64,000 bases of DNA, taken from the NCBI GenBank assembly GCA_964035545.1, contig OZ037765.1, forward strand, positions 32,363,504-32,427,503, written 5' to 3'. Position numbers and translations under genes: made by a program. The DNA comes from Bugula neritina. Its lineage: Eukaryota > Animalia > Bryozoa. Under the pieces are notes generated by a model. The model ran no database searches, was not told the origin of the DNA, and was given only the letters and a program-made list of their open reading frames with translations. Below, piece after piece: positions 27,498-41,594 of the stretch (position 1 is the first letter of the stretch; the number at the start of each line of letters is the position of its first letter).

Positions 27498-29204
27498 ATT
27501 ATTGTTAACCACCTGTGTCACTTGCCAAACAGCTGGTTATTATAGCAACTTTGGTAGGTACTCAGAGATGTCACTGAAACTGTCTATGAAGAAAGCATAC
27601 TGACACTAAAGAGGCCGGGGAGAACAGGTGCTTGCTGTTAGTAACTACAGAGGCAACAAAAGCAGGTGCTATAATTGAACCTGCAGTTACCAGCTTTATC
27701 TGCTTCTTATGTGTCATGACATTCCTACAACAATAATGGAGTTATAAAACATTGCCTAGTGGAGACAATTGCTAACTATTTCAGTGGTGTTGAAGAAAAA
27801 GAAGACAAGTCTTTCACATTTACAAGAGAGTGCACCTGATAAGAGAAGACAATTACATTATTTTGTAAAAAAGAGCACCTGTTGGGTTTGCCAAACAAAG
27901 AGACGCAAAATTCTTGAAATCTTAAATAATTTTAAGCAATTTTGTCTACACTTTTACACACACAAAAATTTCCATTTTCTGTTTAGACTTTTGAATAAAT
28001 CAAATTTTGCTTCTTTTAAGGCAAAATTTTCAAAGCGCACTGTTATATGCTATCAACTGCATTATATTTCCTTATACAATATGTCATGACGTTAGATCAG
28101 CATGAATTGTCTTGAAAGCACCATCATTAATAATCCAAACCATGTCATGAAGGTCTTGAATTAAGACTTTATTTAGTCTTCCTTAAAATGAAGTGGTAGA
28201 ACTGGTAACTACCCTTCTGCTAAAACCATGCTGTGAAGTTATCTTCTCGGATATAAAGTATAAGAGCAGACGAATCCGTATGAAAGTTTTGTAATATTAT
28301 TATGTTACAGACTATAATTCAGGACAGACATAACATTACTATATAATATCTCAATATCACAATTATAACAAACTAGAATATGATTATTTTATTCTACTAC
28401 TTCACCATTATTCAGTACTATGTGTTTCATCCTGAAACTAATTTTGGTCTACTTGAAGCTTAATAAAGCGTAAAGCTTTGTTTTCTTTTTAAAGCCTATA
28501 TAAGGCATGGACTATTTTCACTGATTACATAAATTTGCTATGTTGATGACAATGTTTTACTATAACGGTTCTTATTTTTATCAATTATGACAAATAAAAG
28601 TGATCAAAGTTTTGTATTTGTAAAGATTATAAAGCAATATTTTTGTTTTTATAGTTTTAGTTAGGCTTTTCATTCACACACAGGACAATAATCTTATATG
28701 GATACATGATGTTTTTAGTTGTTGTGTAATTTCAGCTGTGGGCATTCTAATACTGCAATAATTCTTGAGTATATGAGCTTATACCAAGACTTATAGATGT
28801 CAGTCATTAGGTTATAAACTAAGTCTGATCTCAAACCTACAAAAACCAGCTGACTAAAAGATATTTGAGCGAAACTGACACTAACTTTAATATCAACTCT
28901 GAGTTTATAGTCTCCAAACAATTAAAAATCTATAGAAAACAGTTTGGAAAATATTTTGGTCCTATTATAAAGCTCTGCTTATAGATCCCTGAGTAATTCA
29001 TTACCTAACTTCTTCACTTTCTGCTGGTATGCTATGTGTAGCTAATCTGTCTAGAGTGGTGACCTCAGTAATTACCGCTCACTCTAAATTAGCTGATGTT
29101 TCACAAGCAACTCTCTGTCAGCGAGGCAGCAGATATGGCTAAAAGATAACTGAAAACAAGTGTGCTAACTATTACACCACAGGGACTGTAGCGTTGAGGT
29201 AACC

Positions 29205-29287
29205 GTAAGTTGGCGTAATTGGCTAGAGTGCCTGCTTGCAAGCCAGAGGTCTGGGGTCCAAATCCTATAGTGGAGGCAATTACTTTT
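29205..29287 (+). mobile_element. tRNA-derived SINE-like head (family 1); related copies at ~30006-30072 (+), 39895-39977 (-), 41731-41815 (+), 58350-58432 (+)
   Basis: Shared pattern TCCCTGTGGTGTAATGG (A box)...GCTTGCAAGCC...GGGTTCGAATCCC (B box)...GGAGGCAATT. The copies are diverged and the anticodon stems do not pair. Confidence 0.7.
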
Positions 29288-29859
29288 GTACAATGCAAAG
29301 CAGTGGAAACATTGAATAAAAGCGAACATGCATTAACATTATACTGTAGATATATCATTTTATAAAGTCACAAAGTAGCGTGAAGTGAATAAACAAATTT
29401 GCTGCCGGTATTACTAACAGCTTTAATAGAGTTAAACGCACTTTTGAAAGTGTTGTTTATACAAGTTACAAGCTGGTGACTAACAACTAAATACATACAA
29501 AAAAGAGTGTTCTTTCTTTTCCTACCCAAAAACACCTTTTTGAAATGCTGACGTGGAATATATTCAACAAAATTCAACATTCTGTACTTGTGACTTTTAT
29601 TATATATAATTATATACAGAAAAAGTATTTATCATATATATGAAATATACTAAAATTTAAGTTGTAGAAATTATAGTAACAAAAGTAGCTTATATATACT
29701 ATAACGCATTTATTATTATTTTGTGTATATATATACAGCTTTGCTATATGGTCAAAACTAGATTATAATACCAAAAATGAACACGACAAACATTTCATAA
29801 TATATATATACTATTGGGCTATATATATATAATGATTTCCCACAGAGTTGAATACTTCT

Positions 29860-32800
29860 CTACTTCTCGTCAATAGAAACAGATACAGAGCTTTCGAGTT
29901 CAGAAGCTAAAAAAGCAAAAGTAATAATTTGTTTTAATTTAATGTAAAAAAAGAAGTCATGTACAATATTCTAGCTCTAGCATTGTGTTTACTCAGTAGT
30001 TCTTGCTGTGTAATAGTTAGTACGCCTTTTTCAAGCCTGATGTCCCGGGTTCGAATCCCAGTAGAGGCAAAAGTTATATATTAATCAACCAGTATATGGC
30101 AGTATATAGTATATTATAGTATATAGTATATAGTAGTTGCAGTAAAGGATTTTAGACTGGACCTAGGAACTGGGTCACAGTTTGTGGCCAGTCCAGTACT
30201 AGTTCTTATTGCCTATTCAATTGCAAAGCTAGAATGACTCAGCTATATATAGATGGCCGCTGTTAGCTATTAAGCTGTTGCATTAAAAATAGCCTTTATT
30301 TAAAGCTATTTATAGTAAGCAGATCCAATGTAAGGTGAGTACGTAATCAGTAACCATAAGCATAGACCCACAAGGTTTCACAATGATAATTTCACTTCAC
30401 TTTCTCAAAACCTATGACCAATTGTAGTTTTTGATGCATAAGTAGATGCAAAGTATGGCCTTCTAATAAATAGAATCTAAAAAATTTGAAGAAAATACTT
30501 TTGTGACAGGAACTATAATGGGTTTAGAATAAAACTCTATTGAAGTTGTTTTCTTTATACTGATAACCCTTGGCTATAGTATCAGCAAATTGGTTGCAGT
30601 ATTATATATGTAGTGGAACTAGCAAAAGGCTACAGGTTTTGATGAAATATCTGTCCAAGTATTAAAAGACAACTTGCTTTTACCTGCTCCAGTGGTCACT
30701 TATGTAATAAATACAGCAATATCAAAATCAATTTTACTTGACTGTCTAAAATTGCAAGAGTAACAGCATTTCACAAAAAGGGAAGTAAATTTGTTAACAA
30801 CAATCGTCCATTCTTAGACCGCTGCTGTTTTTAATTTTTTTTAATGATTTAGCAAAAAATATTCCAACTACTATATGGTGTGTAGCAAATAAACTTATAT
30901 TAAATTTACAAAAACCTTGTTTAGTCATTTCATGAATCACCAAAAACATCTGTTAAAGTCTTTTAAACCTATAGTTTTGAACAACATGCACATTGCACTC
31001 AATTTTTAGGAATTACTTTAGATGAACATATTTCTTTTATAGTAAACATATAGCAAAGATTTGCAATAAATTGATTTATGTAATGTTAATAGTCAAATGA
31101 GTTAGACAGTAGGCTACTTTAACATAAAAAATGATTGACATTCATTATTATATATTTATACAGACCAGGTTTCAAAATAACAATGATAAAATTGTTCTAA
31201 TGTCTAGGGCTCGTTCAAACAAACTACATTCATGCTATATATTTACTTCAACTAAATATTATATATTGGTTGATTTGTATATTACTAAGACAGAGAGAAG
31301 GTGTATATAACATAACATGTTTACAAGTTGTACTTCCTTTTTCTCTTTGATGATTTAACAGCAGCTGTTATTTTAGTAAAAGCTATTAAAAATATAAGCT
31401 TGTAAGGATAAACGTGATTAAATGACCTAAGTTTTCCGTTACTAAGCAACACAGAGTAGGTAAGAGTAGGATTTAGCTCCACATTTATTACGTCACCTGA
31501 GTCTTCAGCTTTTATCTCTCCACTATCACTAGGCAGAAAGTCATTTGACAATTCTTCTTCACCTCCCCAGTGTAGCTCTACTAGGGACAGATATATAATG
31601 GCTCCCAGGACGGCTCCAATGTGGGGGCCAACAATAGGCACCCAAAACCAGTTGTAGTTTCTGAAGCTACAAAGAGGAAGATAACTCTTACTAGTGTCTA
31701 AATTCGAATGAGTGTCCCCTACCACAAGTCCGGTTAATAATTAAAGCAATTTTTAAAAAATATGCACAAAGTCCTTGGAATAAATTAGCCTATTAGTGAG
31801 AGCACTGGCTTAGTAAACACATGGTGAGTAAAGGCCACTGGTAATGTTAGAAAGAGCATCCAGTCATACTTGCTCCTTAATTGTCACAATATAGAACAAG
31901 CCCTTAGCTCACTCCAAAAAATAACCTTTCCCACGGGGCTAGGGTTACCATAAACCCAAGTAAGTTAGATAGAAATGAATTATACTAATAAGAAGATCAG
32001 TCTGATTGAAAGAGTTTGCTTCTTTATCTGTTTAAAAAAGTTATAAAGTACGACTGATTATCTTCAACTCTAGAGATTTTAACATCATAATCCTAGGATT
32101 TATTTTGCAACAACATCATAAATTCTTGTGTCTTCCAACTTATGCCACTAAAACTGTAAAACTGAAACAATTCACTGAAACTAATTAAATGTAATAATCA
32201 TATTTAATTACTTGTTTGTGGCATACACAGCATGAATAACTACAAAGTTTGCCCTTAACAGTAAGTGTTTTATGAGCTTCGCACAGGCCTTCAAGTCTCC
32301 TCTCACGTCAAGTTATTGATAACTCTAGACAAATAAAAATAAACACTAACGAGAAGACATCAGTGCCCCAGCCTGCCAGAGCTGTGAAGATTCTAGGAGA
32401 GAGGTCTCTGGCTGGGTTAATGGCAGCCCCGCAGTTGTATCCGTATGCAGCACTGATCGAAAACACAGTTAGTGCAACTAACACAGGTACTAGAAACTTG
32501 GGCACGTCAGCATTACGTCTGTCTGTTATAGCCATGACTGACAGCAGCAGCAACATTGTACCCACAATCTAACAGAAAAATTCAAATAGTAGTATATAAT
32601 GCTTTTAGTAAAATAACTATATACTATTATTCTAATTACCTAACTTTAGTGATAATAATTAATTTAACTTAAGCAAACACATTTAAATGTAAAATGGCCA
32701 TAGACTATATAGTAACATTGTGTCTTGTATAATAATGAAAGCCTGTGGGTTTTCCCATTAACTTAGTGGAAGTATAGCTTAAGTAACTTATATACAAATA

Positions 32801-35800
32801 GGTCAGTTTCAAACCTTTTACATTACAGCTAGAAGATTAATTGTTTATTTAACCAGTTGCAAGTGTTTGACTATTAAGTTACATTGGGAGTTGTCCCTCT
32901 CACCTGATCAACCAAACCTTCTGTTGCTGAGAGAAATTTCTGAGGATATGTAGAGAATATTCCGGCAGTTGAGTTGGCTAGAGTTGGGTCTGTCAACTTT
33001 ACTCCTCCAGAATAGTTTTCAATGGCCTCTGCAATGTTTACAAAAAATACCTAATTGTACAGAAAGTTTGTTAGCATATCTATATTTAGTATGTTTTTTT
33101 TTCATAACTTTAATATTATAGTTATGTGGTATTCTATAAGTTAGACGCTATGAAGAAATAATATATTAGTATTTTAAAATTTTAACTTAGTGCCATTGAA
33201 GACATCAAACTCACCAAAATATACGAGGTAGACTATAGCTGTCCCAACAAAAGCTCCGAGATACTGAGCTAACATATACACGGGTAACAACTTCCACTGC
33301 AACCGACCAATCACAGCCATGGCTAGTGAAACTGCAGGATTAATATGTCCGCCTAACAATAAAGTAGCAGTAAGTTTTGGACTAAATTTTTACTTTACAG
33401 TATCTCTTCCGATATGATCAAACCTAGTAAATTACCTGAAACATTGATTGAAGTCAAAACTCCTATCATGGCCGCCACACCCCACACCCAGTAAATTGTT
33501 GTGGAAGTACCATAAGCTGTGTGACTCGCCACTGACTGTACAATTGATCCAAGTCCAATTACCTGAAATATATGAACTGGTCACTAAGTAGGAATCTAAC
33601 AGTATCTGCGGTGCCTAGGCAAACACTGAAAAGTTTATATAAGATATATAATAATGCTCTCCCTTCTCTGTACTTTGGTTTGAAAAAAAATATTGTAATA
33701 GTTTTTATCGAATATTTAATCCAATTTTACTATGAGTTCTAAAATTTATATCTCCTTCAATTGTTTTTATTATAATTATTATTATTTAAATCCTCAAAGG
33801 AAAAGTTGAGCGTCATTACATGTATAAGCTTTTTTAATCTGTTTAAATTCATGCTGAAAAAGTGGGATTAAATTTTCCGGTATAAGCTTGCATCTGAACA
33901 TCTGCTCTTTCTATCTTCCAACTTTTATTTCTACTTCCAAACATAATTATTGCAAATAACTGCCAATGAGATGGTTGCGAGCTGCAGTTCCCTGTAACAG
34001 TTTTTCTCTTTAAAGACAGCATTTATTTTGTTAATATATTATACCTCTTTGGTAATAAAGCTTGTATGAAGTTTTTACTTCACGTTCTCAAGACTTATGA
34101 CCAATTGTGGTGCATAAGTAGAGTCTGATGCTCATTTACCACTGAATAAACTACTAGGCCAGAGAGGCACGCAGGTTGGATTTCATCTTTATGTCTAACG
34201 TGTAACCAAGAATCAATAAGCAACCTAATATATTATGGTTTACCAACCGTGAAACCTATTATACAATGCTAATAACTATATAATACATGACCAACTGATA
34301 GCAATACTGTAATGGATTTTCACCCTCTATTAGTTTTGAAGTAACTGCGTGAGTCAGTATTATAATTGTGAATGCTGTAATTGTAGCTAAGTTGGGCTAG
34401 CTTTCTAATGCCTTATTATTGTGATTGTTGTTAAAGCTTTCCGTATAATGTAATTTTCATGAAATACGCATTTCCAGAGTTATTTTCTCTTTTTGTTATT
34501 TTATCGTTTTGCATTAATACTGATACTAGAAATTTGTGTGGCTTTTATGAATGCCTTCAATAGGTTGTTATTATAGCTAAATTCTTGGCCTATTGAATTA
34601 TTCGTTCTCCTTTGTCTACTTTTCTTTTGTTTCTGTCAAGCTTAACTTTCTTTTGTCTGTTGGAACATTCTAGATTGTGAATTCTTGTGTATAAAAGCAG
34701 GCGAGTTTCCAGCGTAGATTCAGACTACTACTGGAGCTCGCTGGTAGTAGGACCCTAAGCTGTATCTGATACAATAAAAGTTATCTTTCATTTGTACTCA
34801 AATACTTGGCTTATTCTTTCTAAAGCATGTAGGCACTAGTTGCATTCAGAACCCACAGTTTACTACAATACAAAACATAAATATAAGAAACATCATCATT
34901 TATTGAAGCTACAACTGTAATGATTGTGTAGGGAGTTATCTATATGTACCGAAAGGACAACTCTTCTGCTACTTCTCTATTATTGTAAAACGTAGCGTCT
35001 CTCCTATACTCGGCTGGACAGTACTTTCTACGCTACTAACGTACGCTGTGAACAAAAGACAGGACTGGTTAATTAGAGGATAGCTAGCACGCTCCGGTAG
35101 CTGGCAGTCAGGCAGTAAATTAGCTAGCAATAGGTTGTGTGTACTCTGTCTGCGATTATGTAACTTGTTTTCTAAGTCTTGTATAGTTTACTTGTGTATA
35201 AATTGTATTAAATAAACGCATAATAATCTCTTTAACTTGGCAGTATTGCATTGCTTTAAATACCCAGCAACTAGCGAATGCACAATTTCACAACACAGCA
35301 CTATAAATTATCAAAAGAACATAACTTGAATATATAATAATATAAAGTAATACAAAATAGCTACCTTGTGGGTCTATGCCTAGTAAGATACTGATTACTA
35401 ATTGTATCTGTTGTCTGCTTGCTATAAACAGCTTAAAATAAAGGCTATTCTTTTATGTAACAGCCAAACAGCCAACAGTAGCTAGCTATATAGCTGAGTC
35501 AACCTGAGTCATTCTAGCTTTGCAATTGAGCCTGGCCCAAATAAAATGCGGTCCCCAAGCCTAGCCTAGCGCAAAAAAAACTTTACAATTTGGTTGTGGC
35601 AAATATGCTGAGCTGGTGCCTTACGGAAACTCTTATCAGAAGAAAAGTTTTACACATTTACAAAAACTAAATTATTTGCAAAATCTTTAACATAATATTA
35701 TACATAATAATAAAACTTCTAAAAGCTGCTTTAATTTTGAGTTGTAGAATTAATTTTTAAAGTGAAAATGTTATGCTAGGTAATTATGTACTATTCAAAG

Positions 35801-36279
35801 AATCACCCACGACTCAGCTATTTAATGCATAATGCAATTTAAAACATGAAATGAAGACAATTTTTTGTCAATGATTTTTACCAATAAACTTGCATTAGTG
35901 AGTTCGTCTTTCAGTATTAAAATAAAAAAACAAGATTTAGTGCGATTATTATCTTCAATGAGATACAGGTATTAAGCAATTAAAATATGCGATATGAATC
36001 AGGGTGTTTTTAATGCCTATATGTCAATGACCTCTATGGTATTATGAGTATTTCAACATTTTCTATATTAGCTAACCCCACCATGATCACACAACTCTTC
36101 ATGACTGTTAGTTATATTTTGATCTTCTAGCTTTAATCTGTGTATATTTACATAATATTACATTATTTATAGTTGTAAGCAATCATAGTGGCTAATTTAT
36201 CTGACGAGTGCACATCGTTCTTGTGTACGAAACTACTAGTAATAAATGCCATTATATTAATCAAATCTCATTTTACTTC

Positions 36280-36374
<95 letters not shown>

Positions 36375-37592
36375 GTTTGGTAATTGAAAGTTATATTCTG
36401 CACCATACCGAATGGTAACATTTCCTGTTAGACTCAGGAGTTTGTGGTATAATTAAACTATAATAGTTGTTGCAACATTTATTGCACACAATTCTTAGTT
36501 GCCTAATCACTGAGTTAATGAGTCCAAGCTTGAGTTTTTTCATGGAAGCAAAATCAGTTTGTCAAGAACTTATATTTCAAATCTACTAAATTGTAATTCC
36601 GAATGAATTGTAGCTTATAAATGATTAGATATTTTAACAACTATTGCTCATTGCTATAAATAGCATTGCATTTCAATAATTTCAACATTAATGCACCCTT
36701 TAATTATTTTTTAATAATTACTATATTCAACAAGTAGGTTAATATTAAGTACAAAAATGGTATTGATTGACTGCTGTTAATACTATAATAATATATATCA
36801 TATGACATATATGTCATATGATAGATATTGTTATAGTTTTGTAGTTTTTTATATTGGGCTATACATTTTATGGTCTTATTGTCTTATAATATAATACAAA
36901 CTTTATTATAATATATCACACATCATTTCATATTTTATTTAATTATAATATTTATAATATATAATGTATATATTCACTTATGGTATAAATTTTGAATTTA
37001 CAACTTTTGCTAATGTATTTCTAAAGTGTGTATTATAATATGCATTACCCCAATGATTAAAAACTGTGGTATCCTATATTGTATTATAGTATATTATAAT
37101 ATGTTACATAATATTAATATGGCGTGTTGTATATATTAGCTGCATGCTTATGCATCATGTTATAGAACTTATCTAATTTACTTATACTGTTTACATAATA
37201 TTATTGGTAATACCTGAAGACTATATAACTATTATATAACTGTGTTTTTAAAACTATGTTATATGTTATTATTCAATTTCTTAACTTTGCACCCAATACA
37301 TAAATAATGATGCAATAATATAATATGATATAATATAATATAATATTATAACAGCACGCAGTCAATAGATACTATATTTTGTATTAATAATTAAGCTCCT
37401 TTGGAAAAATGAATTTAATGTACACATACTATACATCCCTTTGGGAAATTAACACTGTTCATAATTCAAGCCCCGTTTATTTAAAGAATGGATTTAAAAA
37501 GAACTTACCATGAGTATGCATGTTCCAAGAAACTCAGCAAAAGCCACTCTGATTGTATAATTTTTTATTTTTAGAGCTGATATAAAAACCAT
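29860..37592 (-). CDS. Aquaglyceroporin B (AQP3/7/9/10-GlpF class MIP channel)
   Basis: Exons 37592-37509, 33562-33436, 33352-33215, 33028-32904, 32568-32351, 31666-31497, and inferred exon 7 at 29906-29860 ([15 protein letters not shown]). Without that splice the stop is at 31321. Exon 1-6 lengths (84/127/138/125/218/170 nt) are identical to A and C. Both NPA boxes are intact; loop E reads GAAINPARD. Confidence 0.92.
30620..31110 (+). mobile_element. Decayed, internally deleted CR1/L2-type LINE reverse-transcriptase fragment
   Basis: Frameshifted pieces translate as [14 protein letters not shown]...VINTAI...[13 protein letters not shown]...NNRP, then [13 protein letters not shown], then [23 protein letters not shown]. 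These resemble CR1-group RT flanking motifs. The catalytic core is missing, and the fragment is absent from the paralogous site in unit C. Confidence 0.75.
34376..34867 (+). mobile_element. Probable solo LTR in intron 1 of aquaglyceroporin B
   Basis: TGTAAT...ACTACA termini, internal TATAAAAG (~34690) followed by AATAAA (~34773), and imperfect 4-bp flanks ATGC/ATAC. It lies within a ~1.5-kb block absent from paralogue C. Confidence 0.45.
36285..36369. repeat. (AT)n microsatellite; others at 40958-41082, 48901-48965, 55679-55762
   Basis: Directly visible. Confidence 0.95.
36740..37395. mobile_element. AT-rich fold-back/MITE-like element in intron 1 of B; paralogous copy at ~47250-48045 in C
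   Basis: The ends are inverted copies (GTACAAAAATGGTATTGATTGACTGCTGTTA ... TAACAGC..GCAGTCAATAGATACTATATTTTGTA). It is present in both duplication units, so it predates the duplication. No TSD was resolved. Confidence 0.5.
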
Positions 37593-37952
37593 GTTGTCAA
37601 CCATTTGTGTCACTTGTTTCACTTATCAAACAGTTGATTAATATAGCTTTGATACTCAGAGATATCACTTGTATGTCTATAATTTAAAAAGCACTTGCTT
37701 TCAATAACCTGCAGCAAGAGCAAGTGTCGTAGAAGCTAAATGTGTGATCACATCTTTCAATTATATCTAATGACTCACAACACACCTGTAGCAATATTAA
37801 TATTTCTATTATGAAATTACTTTTGGTACCATCAGCAAGAGAAGGTAATTTCTACAAATATTGAAGACACTGCAAAGGGTAAAACAACTAGATTGTTGCT
37901 ATTTTCGGTTATTATTATTAATTATTTTTTAATCATATTCATTGATTTCTCC

Positions 37953-38297
<345 letters not shown>

Positions 38298-39250
38298 AAA
38301 ATTGATTGAAAATTTGAAGTTTTAAAGTCATAGAAATTAATAAAATTACATATTTGGTAACATGTACTGCAGCTCAAAAGTACACTTGATAACAAATTAT
38401 ATTATGCCTAATAAATTTATTCCCCAAAACTGTGATTTCAAGATAAAATGTAGTTTTTGATGTTTTTTCCTGGAAGGGACAATTAAGCATTGAAGTTTAT
38501 GTAGTTATATGCTGTGAAGTTATCTCCTCGGATGTAAAGTATAAGAGCAGACAAATCCGTAAGAAAGCTTTGTAATAATAATTATTATGTTGCAAACTAT
38601 TCAGGACAGACATAACATTACTATATAATATCTCGTCACAATTAACAAACTAGAATATCAGTATTTTATTCTACCACTTCACCATTATTCAGTACTATGT
38701 GTTTCATCCTGAAACTAATTTTCGTCTAAAGCAATAAAACGTAAAGCTCTGTTTTCGTTTAGAAGCATAAAAGCATGAATTATTTTCACGGATTACGTAT
38801 TTGTTATGTTGATAGCATTTTACTATAATGGTTCTTATTTTTTTCTCAAATCACAAATAAAGTTGATCAAAGCTGTGTACTTTTAAAATAATATTCTAAA
38901 GCATTAAATTTTTTGTTTTTATGGGTTTCCGGAGGCTTTTCACTTACACACAGGGCAGTAATCTTATATGGATGAGATACATAATGTTTTTAGTTGTTGT
39001 GTAATTTCAGCTGTGGGCATTCTAATACTGCATAATAATTCTTGAGTATATGAGCTTATACCAAGACTAGGTGTCAGTCATTAGACTAGAAACTAAAACT
39101 GATATCAAACCTACAAAAACCAGCTGACTAAAAGATATTTAAGTGAAACTGACACTAACTTTAACATCAACAGTTATTGCTTATAATTAAATGTTTCCTA
39201 CAACAGCTACTTGACCAACTCTGAGTTGATATTATAGCCTGCATGAATTT

Positions 39251-39600
39251 AGGTAAAAATGGCACAGGTAATAAGGACACAAATGGCACAGGTAATAAGG
39301 ACACACATGGCAAAGTATATAGATATAACAATGGCACACTGATGTTAAATTTTTTAAGCCTCCACACCCCCTCCCAAAACCTCCAACCCGTAAACCCCAA
39401 TCTCAAACTTAAACCCCCAAACCTAAAACCCTCATTCTGAACCCCCCCCCCCCACCACAAACCCTAATATTGAAAATGTGCCATTTTACATACTTTGTCA
39501 TTTGTGCCATTATTATACTTGTGCCAGTTTACCTGGGCCAATATTACCTGTGCCATTTTTACCTGTGCCAGTTTTACCTGGGCCAGTTTTACCGGACAAC
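39251..39600. mobile_element. Fold-back-type non-autonomous DNA element with internally repetitive arms
   Basis: The left arm repeats AAATGGCACAGGTAA and the right arm repeats its complement TTACCTGTGCCATTTT. The centre is degenerate AACCC(T/C). It is absent at the paralogous site ~28900. Confidence 0.75.
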
Positions 39601-40570
39601 AGTCTTCATGCATGTTATCACATAGCTTATAGAAAACAGTTTGCAAAATATTTTGGTCCTATTATAAAGCTCTACTTATAGATCCCTGAGTCATTCGTTA
39701 CCTTACTTCTTCACTTTCTGCTGGTATGCGCTATGTGTAGCTATTCTGTCTAGAGTTGTGACCTTCATGAATGCAGTCCACAGCTGCATGGCTACAGCCT
39801 ACATACATACATACCTAGTAATTAACCCTCACTCTAAATTAGCTGATGCCTCACAATTATAGCAACTTTCTGTCAGCTCAAGAACAACTGAAAAATAATT
39901 GCCCCCACAAGAATTCGAACCCGAGACCTCCGGCTTGCAAGCAAATGTGCTATAGCCATTACACCACAGGGACTACTGGATAACCACGCTACAACATTAC
40001 AGATGAGGCTTTAACATCAATATGGCCTATAAAGACACACCCACAAACCTACTCATGTTGACACTTAGATTACTATGACTCTAGTAATGCTGACAAATAT
40101 ATAGCAATCACTACTTCTCCAAGCTTCATATTATTCAAAAGGATTTTTCATTTCGTGTTTAGAGACAGTTGCATCTCATGAAACCACAATTATAAGTTCA
40201 CGCAAACCGCAATAACTCAAATTTATCCATTTGCATAATGCAAAGCAGTAGAAACACAGTAAATAAAAACAATTGCATTTAAACATTGTAGATGCTATTC
40301 TATAAAGTCACAAAGTAATGTGTTTGCACGTAGTTTGAAGCAAAAATAAAAAAACTTCTGCCATTCTTACTAATTACCAGCTTTAACAGAGTTAAACGCA
40401 CTGTGGGGAGTGTTGTTTATACATGTTACAAGCTGGTAGCATAACAATTAATTACAATATAAAAACGGTTTTCTTTCTTTCCCTACCCAAAAGCACTTTT
40501 TTGAAATGTTGATGTGGAATATATTTGACAAAATTCGACATTCTGAACTTGTGACTTTTATTATAGATAA

Positions 40571-41083
<513 letters not shown>

Positions 41084-41594
41084 ATACAGTAAAATGTTAG
41101 CTATAGAAAATTTTGTAGCACCAAAAGCAGTTTATATATACTAACGCATTTATTATTTGTGTGTATATATACAGCTCTGCTATATGGTTAAAACTAGATT
41201 ATAATACCAGAAAACACAACAAACATTTCATAATGTATAATATTGAGCTAAAAAAATTGAGAAAAAAAAATTTCTTGTATTTTTCCTTCAGTTCATTGAA
41301 TAAAAAATAATAGTAATATGTCGCTGGCTTAAAAAAATATAATGAATAATAATTAAACTGCTTCAAAAAAGTGTACTGGCTTTGCATTATAAATATAGAT
41401 ATAATTTTAAACATTCTTTGTCATTTTTGACTTTATTATTATTAATAACATAGTTTTAAGATGCAAGAAACAATTTAATTTGTTTTTGAAAACTGAAGTA
41501 CCAGTATATATTACTTTGATTTTTTTTTAGTTGTTATTCTCAATATATTTGCATTAACAGATCGAAATGATTTCCCACAGAGTTGAATACTCCT

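Noticed and set aside
31321-31496. Apparent 58-aa de novo C-terminal extension of aquaglyceroporin B
   Set aside because: The sequence is homologous to non-coding DNA in C (~42110-42185) and follows a donor position conserved in A, B and C. It is more likely intron 6 read-through and would be real only in a retained-intron isoform.
34925-35297. Second possible solo LTR (TGT...ACA, internal AATAAA)
   Set aside because: No target-site duplication was found, so support is too weak to list it as a feature.
39355-39465. Telomere-like AACCCT repeats
   Set aside because: They are highly degenerate and internal to a fold-back element, not an interstitial telomere.
39895-39977. Possible functional tRNA gene (also 30006, 41731, 58350)
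   Set aside because: A and B boxes are present, but the anticodon stem does not pair, the acceptor stem is mostly G:U, and the copies are mutually diverged. Treated as SINE-like; tRNAscan-SE would settle it.
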